A DNA stretch of 64,000 nucleotides, from assembly GCA_017499595.2 (NCBI GenBank), contig CM039002.1, positions 1,178,001-1,242,000 on the forward strand, read 5' to 3'. The position numbers and the translations under genes were made by a program. Shown here one piece after another: positions 63,028 to 64,000 of this stretch (its first letter is position 1; each line of letters opens with the position of its first letter). This DNA is from Psilocybe cubensis (lineage: Eukaryota). The notes beneath the pieces were generated by a model, which searched no databases, was not told the DNA's origin, and saw nothing but the letters and a program-made list of their open reading frames with translations.

Positions 63028-64000
63028 ATGGAGCAGCAAATAGATCAGGTCGTTCAAGCTATCGCTATTGCTTTTGATCAGAGTCAGATTTCATTGCACC
63101 AACAAGCCCTTGCGTATGTCTCGACATTCCAACAAAATGCAAACGAAACGTGGAGGCTCGCGTTGAGGCTTTTCGTAGATCAGAATGCAGATGGAACCAG
63201 GAAATATCCTCCACAGGTTAGATTCTTTGGCCTTCGTGTGTTAGATGAATTTTTGGATAACCGGTGAGTATTTTACCTGTCCTGGGGATGTGTGCTTCTA
63301 CATGTTGTGGCTCTTCACATCTTCTATATAATATTGTGTTTATCCCCTCATTTAATTCAAGGCATTGGTGATAATTGCGATCTTTATTCACCAAGTTGTC
63401 CCTGCACTGTAGATTCGAAAGATTCGATGACGAGTCATTCCAAACTCTCCAACAAGCCTTAGTCGCATATATCGAATCCGAATATGTTCGTGGTCCCGCT
63501 GAAGCAGATGCTACTTGTGAGATCAAATACTTTACGATCGATGTCAATGAATACTCACGCAACCTGATCTTCACAGTTCTGCGGAACAAGTTTTCACATA
63601 CCCTCACGCTCTTCTTCCTGTGCACCTATCAAGATCAATGGCCCAATTTCTTTACCGATCTCTTTACGCTCATTCACCCCACCGAACAGAGTCCCTCCAG
63701 AGGATTTAACAGACATGTATCCCTGCTTTTTTTCCATATCGTCCTCGAGATTTCGGGCGAGGTTGCCGACCAGATTATAAAGTCGGCGAGATCGTTCAAT
63801 GCTGCACGTCATGCGCGCGACGCCAAAGTTCGGGATGGTGTTCGCGAACGAGATGCAGCAAGAATTAATGAAGCTGTTCTCACCATTGTGGCAGAACGCA
63901 CCGAACGCATGAACGAACTACGCAAAAATCCAGGTTCCGCTACAGAGCCAAAAGAGCTTGACAATGCAGTAGAAGTAGTGGACTGGGGTGTTCGAACCTT
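63028..64000 (+). CDS. LOS1: Exportin-T (Los1), 5' part
   Basis: MEQQIDQVVQAIAIAFD..LHQQALAYV, VRFFGLRVL, FLRNKFSHTLTLFF..YQDQWPNFFTDL, RDAKVRDGVRERD match importin-beta-like Xpo-t N-terminal repeats. Confidence 0.85.

Noticed and set aside
63264-63412. Intronic H/ACA snoRNA in the long first intron of exportin-T
   Set aside because: Two weak hairpins and an ANANNA-like hexamer are present, but no terminal ACA box; not supportable without a covariance search.

Overview
Eukaryotic, intron-rich fungal DNA, most likely an Agaricomycete basidiomycete (short ~50-75 nt GT-AG introns, micro-exons, F-box-like, DUF4360 and AA3 gene families). There are about 20 protein-coding loci: three F-box-like loci (one pseudogene), an Arp10-like actin-related protein, a PX+PB1 protein with a short PB1-only paralogue, an OPT transporter, Med22, a pRiA4b-ORF3-like/zf-MYND protein, two small G/S/Y/N-rich paralogues, PAM18, two DUF4360 secreted proteins, EFM4, SGD1/NOM1, a GH17 glucanase, an RBR E3 ligase, a RhoGAP, a GMC oxidoreductase and exportin-T (partial). 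There are also tRNA-Pro(CGG) and two tRNA-Gly(CCC) copies. Two mobile elements stand out, and each has knocked out the downstream copy of a tandem duplicate. (1) A 2,837-bp gag-only LTR retroelement (33134-35970) has identical 259-bp LTRs, an ACTGG target duplication, no pol, no tRNA-type PBS and a possible self-priming fold-back. (2) A 590-bp non-coding TIR element (47207-47796) with a TA duplication sits in the A box of a tRNA-Gly gene. About 2-11 kb is a microsatellite-saturated, gene-poor block with long inverted repeats. All calls were made by eye; no searches were run, and exon boundaries not listed explicitly are approximate.
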